Assembly (NCBI RefSeq): GCF_902713615.1
Contig: NC_052171.1
Span: 19,379,952 to 19,443,951 of the forward strand
Direction of reading: 5' to 3'
Length of the DNA: 64,000 bases
Source: Scyliorhinus canicula
Lineage: Eukaryota
The notes beneath the pieces were generated by a model. That model was not told the DNA's origin, made no database searches, and was given only the letters and a program-made list of their open reading frames with translations. Shown piece after piece: positions 1 through 12,477 of the stretch (position 1 is the first letter of the stretch; each line of letters starts with the position of its first letter). The translations under genes and the position numbers were made by a program.

Positions 1-345
1 TGCCAGACCCTAGCCCATTCACTTAACCTATCCAAATCCCTCTGCAGACTTCCAGTATCCTCTGCACTTTTCGCTTTACCACTCATCTTAGTGTCGTCTG
101 CAAACTTGGACACATTGCCCTTGGTCCCCAACTCCAAATCATCTATGTAAATTGTGAACAATTGTGGGCCCAACACGGATCCCTGAGGGACACCACTAGC
201 TACTGATTGCCAACCAGAGAAACACCCATTTATCCCAACTCTTTGCTTTCTATTAATTAACCAATCCTCTATCCTTGCTACTACTTTACCCTTAATGCCA
301 TGCATCTTTATCTCATGCAGCAACCTCTTGTGTGGCACCTTGTCA
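1..345 (-). mobile_element. CR1-clade LINE reverse transcriptase fragment
   Basis: Minus strand encodes the RT motifs GVPQGS and KFADDT. Confidence 0.8.
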
Positions 346-416
346 ACAATATCCCGGCTGACACGCACACTGTGGAACTGAGGGAGTCCTATTGCTATTT
401 CGTTTCTTTTAACACT

Positions 417-718
417 TAGAACATAGAACATAGAACAGTACAGCACAGAACAGGCCCTTCGGCCCTCAATGTTGTGCCGAGCCATGATCACCCTACTCAA
501 ACCCACGTATCCACCCTACACCTGTAACCCAACAACCCCCCCCCCCCTTAACCTTACTTTTATTAGGACACTACGGGCAATTTAGCATGGCCAATCCACC
601 TAACCCGCACATCTTTGGACTGTGGGAGGAAACCGGAGCACCCGGAGGAAACCCACGCACACAGGGGGAGGACGTGCAGACTCCACACAGACAGTGACCC
701 AGCCGGGAATCGAACCTG
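417..718 (-). mobile_element. HE1/V-SINE-type SINE, 5'-truncated
   Basis: V-domain core (GTGGGTTTCCTCCGGGTGCTCCGGTTTCCTCCCACAGTCCAAAG) and CR1-like tail ending in (TGTTCTA)n. Confidence 0.85.
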
Positions 719-2104
719 TGTGGAATGGAAACGTCGACTGACCTGAGACATGATCGCTGCTGATGAATCTTCAGCAAGACCCCTGTGGGAGATCCTCCTT
801 ACTTCTGTCCCTGATGTTCTTCGCAGGATCTCAGCTAATCTGCATCGATGGTCGACGTCCAGAAGTGAACTTCCTCCCAATTCTTCAATTCCCGATCAGG
901 ACAACGCCTGCAACATGAATCTGGGAGGACCCTCTTCTGCCTCGTGGCGAACTGAAGAGAAATGAAAGGTCCCCTCCAGCCAGTGCGAGGAATGAAATAA
1001 TGTGCTCTTATATAGGGGCGGATAGCACCACCCCATAATGTCCCAGAGCCAATCATGGGCTTGTGAAGCGTGCTGACTGTTATCTCAGTAACCGTTGTGC
1101 TCTTTTTGGAACATTGTACTCCCAATGACAAGACAATCTGTCTTTAATGCTGTTTGAAGGGTGAACATTACGCAGAGCACAGGGAAAAAGAAACCCTCCA
1201 AAGATCTTCTTCAAAAGGACTGCTGTCTTGCGTCCGTAGGACAGTGCAAAGACAGGACTGGCAATGCAGCAGTCCCTCAGCTCTGCAATCGGGATGTCAG
1301 CGAGGCCAGGCGATGGGCTCCAGTTCCTTGCCGGGGGAGGGGGGGGGGGTGGTGAGGGACGGGTGGGGGGGGGGGGGGGGGGGGGCGGTTGCGAAAGAGC
1401 CGCAAATCCAGTGGAAAAAGATGCTGGTCGAATCGTCCATGTCTGGATGTGGGCCTGTCTTCTTTGGGAAGCGTGGGAATGCCAAAGAGGTCGACAAAAC
1501 GTGACGTTCCACCAAAGGGAAACGTCACGTCCTCTCAAAAACGTGCCCTTCGGGAAGTCGGAAAGGCTGCGATGAAGGTGGTAAGAGATTCTGGGTCAGT
1601 GACCTGTGCTTGAAGGCCTCTCTGTGTACCGCCGCCATGCGATCGAGAAGAGAATTCACGCCTGCTGATGAACAGAGGAGGACAAGGAGGCGCGCACCGC
1701 GTCGGTAAATGTCTAGACCTCCAGGGCTTCTGGGAGGAAACGCGCCCAATGAGCCTTAAAAATGGCCCCCGAAGGTCACCTGACCTTTTCCAGCACAAGG
1801 AAGCTTGGAGAAGATTCTCAGTGGGCTGTGGGGTGGGGTACCTCAGACATGCAAAGCCCTCAAATGGATGCTGATTTCCCCCGAAGCTGTGACAACATTT
1901 CCCACACTGCAGCTGACGAGGGGTTTTTGGATTGGTCAGTTGGATGACCCGATCAGTTAACCAATTGAAATCAAATAAACGGTGGGACGAAGGTAAAGGG
2001 GATGCTGCCTTAAACGAAAGCAAATCACAAATCACAAATGAAACTGAAAACATCAAGCCAGGCGGTGATTAAGAGGGTTGATAACGCCTCTCCCCCCCCC
2101 CCCC

Positions 2105-2320
2105 TGCGGTGCTCACTGTGCACGGAGGTTCTTGAGTTGACTCCGCACCCGCTCTCTCAGGCACACCTGTCCGTCAATGTCGCTGCGGTAGAGGGCCACC
2201 TTGGTCGCCCGCTGCCCGGACCTGCCAATGACAAGTCTGGCCAGGCCCAGCAGTAGGTTGACAAGGAGATCCTCCTCCTTCCTCGGCCCTCTCCACACCG
2301 GGTGCTCGTAGATCAGGAGC
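2105..2320 (-). mobile_element. Tx1/L1-clade LINE ORF2 C-terminal relic
   Basis: Translation EDLLVNLLLGLARLVIGRS...RERV resembles Tx1-type ORF2 C-termini. Confidence 0.5.
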
Positions 2321-2572
2321 GTGGAGCTGAAGTGTAAACAAAAAGGCAACAAAAGGTTCGCTATAACCCCCAAATGAGGTCTTGGGATTTGGGCTGTACG
2401 GTTTCTCAGGGCCTCCCTGGAATATGAGCTTCCCCTTTAAGGGGGGGGGACTTCCCCTTTAAGGGGGTGGGGCTTCCCCTTCACCAGGAGAGCCCTCGCA
2501 GTATAAAAACCCCGGCCTGCTTGCAGGTTGGGGAAGGAGATCCTTCGCGGAAAGTGCAGGAGTTTTGAAAAT

Positions 2573-2716
2573 AACCTAGAACCTAGAACCTAGAACCTAG
2601 AACCTAGAACCTAGAACCTAGAACCTAGAACCTAGAACCTAGAACCTAGAACCTAGAACCTAGAACCTAGAACCTAGAACCTAGAACCTAGAACCTAGAA
2701 CCTAGAACCTAGAACC
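2573..2716. repeat. (AACCTAG)n microsatellite, about 20 units
   Basis: Perfect tandem 7-mer, a variant of the SINE (AACATAG)n tail. Confidence 0.95.
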
Positions 2717-3050
2717 GTACAGCACAGAACAGGCCCTTCGGCCCTCAATGTTGTGCCGAGCAATGATCACCCTACTCAAACCCACGTATCCACCCTATAC
2801 CCATAACCCAACAACCCCCCCCCCCTTAACCTTACTTTTATTAGGACACTACGGGCAATTTAGCATGGCCAATCCACCTAACCCGCACATCTTTGGACTG
2901 TGGGAGGAAACCGGAGCACCCGGAGGAAACCCACGCACACAGGGGGAGGACGTGCAGACTCCACACAGACAGTGACCCAGCCGGGAATCGAACCTGGGAC
3001 CCTGGAGCTGTGAAGCATTTATGCTAACCACCATGCTACCCTGCTGCCCC
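2573..3050 (-). mobile_element. HE1/V-SINE-type SINE with expanded heptamer tail
   Basis: Full tRNA-like head (B box GGTTCGATTCCC), V core and CR1 tail. Confidence 0.9.
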
Positions 3051-3822
3051 TAGTTCGTAAGTTTTTAAAACTATCATCTGTGTGTTCTACTAATTGTGGA
3101 TTCAACAAATAGCTGAAAAGGGAGTCCTGTCTCAAACCACTGCCATAAGCGTGGTCCGTGGGCTCCACAAGGCTTCGGAAAAGGCAGGCTTCTTGGGGGC
3201 CTGTGGACTGGTGAAAATAAAAGTTGTGTGGGAGCTGGGTGGGAGCGTCCTCCATCACATCAGGTCCCTGATGTTAAAGGGGGAGGATGCCACCACAGAG
3301 GGAGTCAATGGATTTATCACTTGATTTATCTGGCATGTTGTCCAGGTCACATGACAGCAGCCATTTTAAGTTTCTGAACTGTGTGTGGACAGCCATTTTG
3401 TGAGCAGAACCCCCAGGAAGAATTCTTAGAAAAAACCTCAGGGAGGGTTCTTGGCCAAGGGGTGACAGAGGTGGAAGGTTTCTAAGGAAGTGGTCATATT
3501 TCACCAGTTAGGTAAATAACAAGAGCAATGTTTGTTTCCCTGATTGGTTGCATATCAGGTGACTCTTTTGGCAGGTCGACCCCGTCAAGGGGGGGCAACG
3601 GCAGGGGCGGGGGCAAACGCCACAGAAGTCAACTGCTGTTTTTTTGCCCAGAGGTTCTAGGCAAGTGCCGTAACCACGGGATTAGGGAAGATTAGGAAAC
3701 CATCCCTCGCCCAAAAAACCTGTCCGGGCCCATCTGAAAAGATAAAGACTGACTGGTCGACTGCAGAAGCCATCGCGGCTGTTGGACCGAACCTTGAGTT
3801 TCAACTCCCTTCAGAAAGGAGG

Positions 3823-4035
3823 GGGGGCAGCTCGGCGGCGCAGTGGTTAGCACTGCAGCATCACGGCGCCGAGGTCCCAGGTTCGATCCCGGCTCTGGAT
3901 CACTGTCCGTGTGGAGTTTGCACATTCTCCTCGTGTCTGCGTGGGTCTCGCCCCCACAACCCAAAGATGTGCAGGGTAGGTGGATTGGCCGTGCTAAATT
4001 GCCCCTTAATTTGGAAAAAGGGAATTGGGTATTTT
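3823..4035 (+). mobile_element. tRNA-derived V-SINE, short subfamily
   Basis: A/B-box head and GTGGAGTTTGCACATTCTCC core. Confidence 0.8.
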
Positions 4036-4491
4036 TGAAAGAAGGAAATGAAGTGAGCGCACGCAGACGCAGTTTACGGACCGCGTTTCAGAATGCGTGA
4101 CACAGAGCTGCCTGAGCGATGGCAATGATTGTCACGGCAAGACCATTGAACCAAATCTCTGCCACGCACATCTCAACCAGGCGCTCGCCACTGAAAGAAA
4201 TAGCATCCGACCCACCCTTATCGCATCTCTGTCAGACATCGACCAGCGTTTCCTGTGGGTTCATCCCGAGATGCGCTAACTGTGCCAGCGCCAAGAGTTA
4301 TCCTCGGCCGAGTGTTGCAGACTGGCACCTTCCAAGGTCCAGGACCATGTGCTGAGCAACACGCTCAAGCTTGGGGCAAGGGGCTACCAAGGGGTAAGGC
4401 CTTTTGGCCAATGCACCCCGAGGGGCTGGGAACCGTGTCAAACCCCTCAGACTGTCAGTTCAAACCTGACTGTCTAAATCAAGTAGAACTG

Positions 4492-4783
4492 TAATAATAA
4501 TAATCTTTATTAGTGTCACAAGTAGGATGACATTAACACCGCAATGAAGTTACTGTGAAAATCCCCTAGTCGCCACACTCCGGCACCTGCTCGGGTACAC
4601 GGAGGGAGAATTCAGGATGTCCAATTCACCTAACAAGCCACGTCTTTTGGGACTTGTGGAAGGAAACTGGAGGAAACCCACGCAGACACGGGGAGAACGT
4701 GCAGGCTCCGCACTGACAGTGCCGGGAATTGAACCTGGGACCCTGGTGCTGTGAAACAACCCACTGTGCTCCCGTGCTGCCCT
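4492..4783 (-). mobile_element. tRNA-derived V-SINE with alternative tail
   Basis: V core plus the GTGGCGACTAGGGG..TTTTCACAGTAACTTCATTG tail shared with 32018-32315. Confidence 0.75.
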
Positions 4784-4787
4784 GTGG

Positions 4788-5420
4788 AGACACGGAACCA
4801 AATATTGTGTGTTCCAGCCGTGTCTCCCAAGTCTCTGCTCTTCCTGCTGAATGTGCCTCATCACCAAGATGCAAAGTGACTGGTTTTTTTTTATTGGTTC
4901 ACGGGATGTGGGTATCGCTGGCTGCGCCAGAATTTATTGCCCATCGGTGAGGGCATTTAATTGTCAACCACATTAGTCCATTCCTTTTCTAAAAAAATAT
5001 TTTTTTTTTTTATCAATTTAGACTAACCAATAATTTTTTCCAATTAAGGGGCAATTTAGCATGGCCAATTGCCTAACCTGCACTTCTTTGGGTTGTGGGG
5101 GCGAAACCCACGCAGACACGGGGAGAATGTGCAAACTCCACACGGACAGTGACCCAGAGCCGGGATTCGAACCCAGGTCCTCAACGCCATGAGGCAGCAG
5201 TGGTAACCACTGTGCCACCGTGCTGCCCTACGAATACAAATCTTAATGCAGCCCAATGATGCACCTTTGCTGACACGGAGAGAGTGATTTCTGTTCGGTT
5301 CTGTCGGGTGGTGTGGGTTTTTATACTTCACTTTGAAGGTTACAAAGTTTAAGTTGTCTTGGTCCGCAGTGATGTCCACGTCAGCACCAGCCATTGGCCG
5401 GTCATCAAGGTCACTGATCT
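4788..5420 (-). pseudogene. msmb: MSMB-like promoter/exon 1 remnant with start codon and donor deleted
   Basis: Paralogous to 29307-29760. TATAAAAA at 5318-5325 and the CCAAT box are retained; the ATG|GTATGT segment is missing; a SINE sits at 5030-5228. Confidence 0.8.
5030..5228 (-). mobile_element. tRNA-derived V-SINE, short subfamily
   Basis: Same family as 3823-4035. Confidence 0.8.
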
Positions 5421-5639
5421 GATATCTTCATGCTGATACTGAGGCCAATAACCTTGGGGAGGTCAGCCAATGAGTAAAGACCATAATGCAACAGGCACCT
5501 CCTCAACTCTTGGTGAAAATAGTGTCTTGGGATCTTTTACATAAACAAATGAATGTGGCCAGGACCTTTGCTCAACATGTGGTCTGACAGTGCCGCACTC
5601 CTCAGGATTGGCTGTCACACCCAGAGGAGGAACTTCCAA

Positions 5640-5920
5640 TCTGAGTTGAAAGGAAAATTGGTGGAATTACAACAGAAGGATTCAGAGATAAAGCGGCTGT
5701 GTCAGAAAGCATAAACAGAAGTAGAATCTGTACGTCAGAGTGTTATTAAATGAAAAATAACGTATTAATGAGGAAGTGGAGACCGTTACATATTCAGGCA
5801 GATGAGAAATGGGCAGACGTTCATCAAGTGGTATTACCGGTGAGTTATAGAAAGGAGGTTTTGTGGGGAGCACATGAAATTCCAGTCGGAGGTCATTTAG
5901 TCGTAAGGAAAACTCAAGCA
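5640..5920 (+). mobile_element. Gypsy (Gmr1-like) integrase zinc-finger relic
   Basis: QVVLPVSYRKEVLWGAHEIPVGGHLVVRKTQA; paralogous to 31600-31870, 52370-52550 and 53930-54210. Confidence 0.75.
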
Positions 5921-6289
5921 TATTGTTATGCTGAATCTATCTGCTTCTGGCAGCATCTTTTCATTCTAACATTGTTAACGTGTTACGAGATGCCAACCTC
6001 AATGATACCATGTTTTCGAGGCCTTTGCCTCTTCTCTCTAATTCTCCAGTTTATCTGTTGGTACATACAGAGGCACCAAGTTTAATGATCAAACTGCGTT
6101 GTTGCCCTTCTGTCTTTCTCTGTATTCATGCCTGCTGAGTCACGTGCTGCACTGTTCCAATCCTGAGGATCTGTTGCATTACTTGTAAAAATGGAAAAAC
6201 CCTGCTACAAATAGGCAGGAAAGGAACTTTCATTTTGTTGCAATGAATCCAAGACGGGTCATGTTTATTGTCAAGATTTACTTGTGGTC

Positions 6290-6690
6290 TCACGGAGATA
6301 TCTGGAGACGGGCAGGATTAAACGATAAAGCATTTATTGTTAATCCAGAACTATATACACATCCCAGGTACGGCCAGTAAGGGTGGTGGCTACGCTCAGT
6401 TTCCACGGTCTCTGCATCGTACCGTGGCTGGTACTGCTCACCAATCCCGCAGTAATCTTTTGCCAACAACCCCACATCCAATCTCCAAACCGCCCACTGA
6501 ACTGTGCCCATCTCAATGTCAGATCTACCAGATGCGGAGTGTGGCCTGACGATCGTGGAGTATTCTGGTGGCATATCAGTTGTTGGCAAACTCCTGGAAA
6601 TCACAGAAAGATAATGCATCAGAAATATGCCATCAGTGAGGGTTAACGTCCTACTGTACTGTTAACACTAGACAATTTCACTAACCGCTC
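6290..6690 (-). pseudogene. msmb: Orphan MSMB-like exon 4 start fused to an L1 relic
   Basis: Acceptor TTTCCAG| at 6594-6596, then SLPTTDMPP (gene A has SLAPTDVPAG). Intron side 6594-6690 matches 16683-16790. It then runs into the L1 fragment also seen at 43200-43350. Confidence 0.75.
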
Positions 6691-7323
6691 TGAGAAAGTG
6701 AGGAGTGTGGGGGGGGGGGGGGGGGGGGGGGCGGTGAGCTTAGGTAGGGTGCTCTTTTGGAGGGCCTGTGCAGACCCGATGGGCTGAATGTATCCTCTGC
6801 CCTGTAGGGATTCTGCACATTGTGCAGAACATGAACACAGTCACGGAGTGTTTGCAAAGAGTTAATGTTCCCTCGTAGTTAAGTTAAAATTGGGGTTTTA
6901 ATTGTTTAATGGGTTGCCCCAATATGAAGGATGACACAGATGTTTTGTGAATCAAGTGAATACTGAACACAATAAAGTTGAAGGCGTCCTTCCTTGTGCT
7001 TATTGTATAGTCACCACCGGAGCTTAATGCGGAGTCGAAGAGCTGAATGGTCTGTTTCTGTCCTGTATCATTATTCAGGCAATTACTTGGGACACTGATA
7101 CATGGGGATGGTTGGGGTACTGATCGGCCCGCAGTCTTGACTCGAAGTCAATACCCTCTCTGTGTGTCTCAGTTATAACTTCATCAGTCGCTGATACTGA
7201 TTGAATTAGATCTGCCTGTCTATTCACTGTTCCCATCACACACTGCTCCACAATTTATTGTACCATCAAGCGAAAGGTAATCAGCTCCCCACTGGTTGAT
7301 GGACCAGGACCATGGAGTGGAGT

Positions 7324-7655
7324 TAGAACATAGAACAGTACAGCACAGAACAGGCCCTTCGGCCCTCAATGTTGTGCCGAGCCATGATCACCCTACTCAA
7401 ACCCACGTATCCACCCTATACCCGTAACCCTTAACCGTACTTTTATTAGGACACTACGGGCAATTTAGCATGGCCAATCCACCTAACCCGCGCATCTTTG
7501 GACTGTGGGAGGAAACCGGAGCACCCGGAGGAAACCCACGCACACACGGGGAGGACGTGCAGCCTCCGCACAGACAGTGACCCAGCCGGGAATCGAACCT
7601 GGGACCCTGGAGCTGTGAAGCATTTATGCTAACCACCATGCTACCCTGCTGCCCC
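7324..7655 (-). mobile_element. HE1/V-SINE-type SINE
   Basis: Full head, V core and CR1 tail. Confidence 0.9.
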
Positions 7656-9132
7656 TTGGAAGGGGCACGGGTCTGCCTGCACACTTCTGTGCACAAACTC
7701 ATCTGTCCCGGCTTTTTCTCAATGCTCTTCTATCTTCTATTCAATGTTCTTCACCACTGTCTTCAGTGTGTCAGCTAAGGCCTTACAGGAAGCCGAGCAT
7801 CATCAAACCCTAAATTCCTCCAACCCGGTCAGTGATGGAGACAGAGGGGCAGAATAGTCCTTCATGTTTGGTGCCTTCACTACTCCCTCAGATGATTTGG
7901 TTTCACTCCTGAGAGTTGAATTTGAGTCCCTCTCGATCCTCCAAACCCCTGGACTGTCCATGAAAGCAGGAAGAGGTGAAATATGTTCAAACTGCCCGCA
8001 GTGTTAGATATGAAGAGATCATCGTCTCTGGTGGGCCAATTCAGAACAAGGGGCTGCGACCATACCACAGGAAAGTGAGGAAGTTCTTTATGGTGACGTG
8101 AGAATAGTTCAAGATTCGTTCTCCCACCGCATGTTTCAACACTGATCTGTATTGAGCAAAGCCATCAAGCGATCTGGGGGAATGAAAGTGAGATGTGGAT
8201 CAGTCGTGCTCTGCCTGAATGATGGGACAGGCTCGAGGGGCTGAATGGCCTCCTCCTGTTCTCGTCTGCATCTCGTCAGTACCCTGTTTGAAGGTTACCC
8301 TCCTCAGGAGAAGGTGCTCAGCAGTTGCTCTGTCTCTGTAAAGTTCAGGTTTCTCTGGCGTTCAGGGCAATCTCTGTTCCCCCTCCTGGACCCGAGGCCT
8401 CCCTAGGGAAGGTTTGGTTGTTCCCCGTACACTGCCCAGTGTGTGAGCCAGGTCGGAGTGAGCCACACCATGGCGCTGGTCAATTCAATCTCCCACCTGA
8501 CTGAGGGTAAGTGTCTGTGTCTGTCGAAGGGATAAAGTTCATCATATTACCTCTGCAGGACGATGAGAGACATTCTCAAATTGCACTGCTCACTGTAAGC
8601 CTGTTTTGTTTCTAAAGGATGGGTGATGCCACGCGAGGAACCCTTTTCCAAGAGGAAATGTTGCCCGTCAAGACTTATTTCAAAGAAGCATCGAGAGGTA
8701 ATGCCCCCCAGCAAGAGGACAGCTTGTGTTGAGAAGGAGACTGGAAGGTAAGCTCTGTGGGAAGGTTCTGTGGGTATTGGTCAGTTTTCCCTGTTGGAGC
8801 AGGCTGGAGGTGGTTTGAAGGACCTCTCCTTGGGCGATTTGATAAATTGGCCGGAGACCAGGGTGTAGCTAGATGTGCAATGGCACGTTGGAAAGAAAGT
8901 TGCTTTGTGTAGAACATTTCCCAACCCGAAGACGGGGCAAAGCATTTCACAGGCGATCATTCACGGTCCTAATATACGAAATGTGACGGCTGGCGATCCG
9001 AGCACAGGAGGATCCCACAGGAATCTGACCATAACCAATCGTTTGTGGGGGGATATATATTGTCCAGGACACCCTGCTCTTCAAAACAATGCACTGGCAT
9101 CTGTAACATCGGACAGAGAGGGCTTGGATTGA

Positions 9133-9252
9133 AGTGACTGTGAAAAGCCCCTAGTCGACACATTCCGGCGCCTGTTCAGGGAAGCTGGTACGGGAATTGA
9201 ACCGTGCTGCTGGCCTGCCTTGGTCTGCTTTGAAAGCCAGCGATTTAGCCTG
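9133..9252 (-). mobile_element. Short tRNA-derived SINE
   Basis: Matches 51498-51682 in reverse orientation. Confidence 0.7.
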
Positions 9253-9800
9253 GGTGATCTGAATGATTTTTCTTTATTCTTGTACAACACACCTTTGACA
9301 ATGGACTTGGACTGAAAGCAAGCCTGGGGGTGACTTTGACTGGTTAGAATACGCGATGACACTGGGGGATAGAACCTTTCGGCTTCTTGGAGAAGCCTGT
9401 TGAAGAGTCTGTCACAGCTCTGCTCAAAGCGTCATTTTGGAAACAGGATGTAATGATCTTTCATTGCTGTGTGTCAGAGCTGAGAGTGTGGTTACATTTG
9501 AACCCTGTGTACAGGACACTGTAGGGCAAGAAATACTGTTGGAACAGTGGAAAGTTACAATGCAGCTTGTCTTGTACTGTTGTACACTGTTGTCCTTGTG
9601 CTGTTTTTGAACAAGGCCGGGAAATCTTTCCGGACAAGGCCGGGAATTCTCAGTCCCTGAGAATACATTAGCTGATCCATCTGAATTGTTGTTTGAATGT
9701 GTCTGCATCCCCTCTCAACCATTGCCTTGTCTCCTCTTGTGGTATAATGTGACTCCAGAGATGTTCGCTGTCTCGTTTCAAAGCAACATGGGATCGTTCT

Positions 9801-10108
9801 GGGCAGCACAGTGGTTAGCACTGTGGCTTCACAGTGCCAGGGTCCCAGGTTCGATTCCCCGCTGGGTCACTGTCTGTGCGCACGTTCTCCCAGTGTCTGT
9901 GTGGGTTTCCTCCGGGTGCTCCGGTTTCCTCCCACAGTGCAAAGACGTGCAGGTTAGGTGGATTGGCCACGATAAATTGCCCTTAGTGTCCAAAAAGGTT
10001 AGGAGGGATCATTGGGTTACGGGGATAGGGTGGAAGTGAGGGCTTAAGTGGGTCGGTGCGGACTCGATGGGCCGAATGGCCCCCTTCTGCACTGTATGTT
10101 CTATGTTC
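9801..10108 (+). mobile_element. HE1/V-SINE-type SINE
   Basis: Head, V core and GGGCCGAATGGCC...TGTTCTATGTTC tail. Confidence 0.85.
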
Positions 10109-10119
10109 TTTTGGTCTTT

Positions 10120-10505
10120 TTCTTTCATTCATTCTTGGGCTATGGGTGTCGCTGCCTGGGCCAGCACTCACTGCCCATCTCTAATTGCCCCTTCAGAAGG
10201 TGGTGGTGAGCTGCCTTCCTGAACCCCGCAGTCCACATGGTGTAGGTACGCCCACGGTGCTGTTAGGGAGGGCGTTCCGGTGCTCTGACCCAGCGGCAGT
10301 GAAGGAGCGGCCGATATATTTCCAAATCAGGATGGGGTGTGTCTTGGAGAGGAACCTTGCAGGTGGCGACGAACCCCTGTGCCTGTTTCCCTCGTCCGTC
10401 TGATGGTAGTGGTCGTGGGTTTGGAAGGTGCTGTCAAAGGAGCCTTGGTGAGTTCCTGCAGTGCATCTTGTAGCTGGTACACACGGCTGCTGCTGTGCGT
10501 GGGGA
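10120..10505 (-). mobile_element. CR1/L2-group LINE 3' end
   Basis: Reverse complement of the 3' end of the LINE at 47628-48925. Confidence 0.75.
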
Positions 10506-12129
10506 GTGGAGGGAGCGAATGTCCCATTCTTGGGCATCGCTGGCCAGACCAACATTTGTTGCCCATCCTAATTGCCCTTGAATTGAGTAGCTTACTCGGC
10601 CATTTGAGTGGGGTTCGGCGGCGGGGGGGGGGGGGGTCAGTTAAGAATCGATTGAATCGCTGTGTGGGTTGTAGTCACATGTAGGCCAGATCGGGTAAGG
10701 ATGGCAGATTTCCTTCCCTAAAAGACATTCGCGAGCCAGATTGGTTTTACAACAGTCGGCAATGGTTTCCTGGTCATCATTGGACTTTCAATTCCAGATT
10801 TTTATTGAATTCACATTTCACCATCTGCCCTGGTGGGATTTGAACCCAGGACACCAGAGCATTACCCTGGGTCTCTGAATTACTAGTCTGATGACAATGG
10901 CACACGGCCACCGCCTTCCATCCGAATTTACACCAACTCCTCTGCAGCCATCACCCAGCGAACAACACGTTGACACCGAGTGTAGCATTGCAGTTCTCCC
11001 TGCGCCTCGTCTTCCAATCCCTCCTGGGCCTCGCTCCTATCTCCGCCACCTCGGCCAACTGGCCGCCTTGTGTCCCTCGAACCCTGACCTCTTGCTCATT
11101 CCTGACCGCCCACACACCTCCGACCAACCTTCGGTCACGCGTTGCCACATCTCGTTACCTGGCGCAAAGTCACGCTTTGCCAGAATGACGCTCCAGTGGA
11201 TGGTGAGGCATTTTGATGTGACATGCTCGGTGTTGGACATGATGCTCAACGCCAATGAGACCGTCAACGCCGAAGATCAATTGAGAAAAAAACACAATTA
11301 ATGGAAATCCCAAATTGCTGAAGCGATTTCAAGTGGCTACTCCGTGTCTGAGGGAGAGATTGGGAATGTCCAGGGGAAGAATTCCCAGTCAACAACATTT
11401 TTCCCTTGCTGTCAACCGACCGGAGCAGGTTCCCCAGCATGCTCTGTTTTGAATCTTGGCCTCCGCAATGGCTCCTCAGGCAGTGTTTACACGGGAGTAG
11501 AATTTGGTGTGTGTTGTGTCTGTGTGTGTGTGAATGTGGGAATGTCCATGTGTGTCTCTCTCTCTCTCTGTCTCTGTGTATGTGTATCGCTCGCTCCCGC
11601 TGGGTGCTTGTGTCTCTCTCGCTGTCTCTGGTTTTATACGTTTGTCGTGGTGGGAATACAGCAACCAGTGTGTGCACAGAAAGATCCCACAAATAGCAGC
11701 GTGATAAAGGCCCGTGAGGGATAATTATTGGTTCAGAGCGCCGGGGACAGCATCGCCTGTGTTTCTTCTTCAGTTTAGTGCCTGACCCTCGGGACAGTCC
11801 AATCCCCTGAGACATTCATAAAAAGAACAGCACCTCACACCCTACAGCACTCCATCAGCTGTGGAGTGCTGGTCCAGGTTATTATGCATCTGTACATTTC
11901 GTGTACGAGAGTTAAATCAGATACAGAAAGAGAAATAAAGAGAGGGAAAGAGAGATTGGTGATGAGTGAGAGAGTAAAGAGAAACAGACTTAAATTTGTT
12001 TCAAACAATGGACATTCTGAGGGCCTTCAGGAACAATTGACTACATCTGGGCAACGAGAGTTCACACTGTCAGTTGTGCCCCTTCCGGGCAGGGCAGGAA
12101 AGTTGGCATTGAGGTGGATGATCCACAAT

Positions 12130-12477
12130 CATAGAACATAGAACAGTACAGCACAGAACAGGCCCTTCGGCCCTCAATGTTGTGCCGAGCCATGATCACC
12201 CTACTCAAACCCACGTATCCACCCTATACCTGTAACCCAACAACCCCCCCCCTTAACCTTACTTTTATTAGGACACTACGGGCAATTTAGCATGGCCAAT
12301 CCACCTAACCCGCACATCTTTGGACTGTGGGAGGAAACCGGAGCACCCGGAGGAAACCCACGCACACAGGGGGAGGACGTGCAGACTCCACACAGACAGT
12401 GACCCAGCCGGGAATCGAACCTGGGACCCTGGAGCTGTGAAGCATTTATGCTAACCACCATGCTACCCTGCTGCCCC
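12130..12477 (-). mobile_element. HE1/V-SINE-type SINE
   Basis: Full-length copy, near-identical to 19770-20121. Confidence 0.9.

Noticed and set aside
563-880. Recurrent ORF MVVSINASQLQGPRFDSRLGHCLCGVC... in many copies
   Set aside because: Translation of the HE1/V-SINE body, not a gene family.
803-952. Minus-strand exon-like segment with a good acceptor and donor
   Set aside because: Stops in all three frames and no similarity to MSMB exons.
2573-2716. Regular repeat resembling a CRISPR or telomeric array
   Set aside because: No spacers and not TTAGGG; it is an expanded SINE tail.
2375-3107. Possible solo LTR split by the SINE (TATAAAAA at ~2502, ends in CAACA)
   Set aside because: 5' boundary and TSD could not be defined.
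8960-9130. VLIYEM kinase-like motif
   Set aside because: Followed immediately by a stop; the region resembles a decayed Deu-domain SINE also seen near 5480-5610 and 11660-11900.
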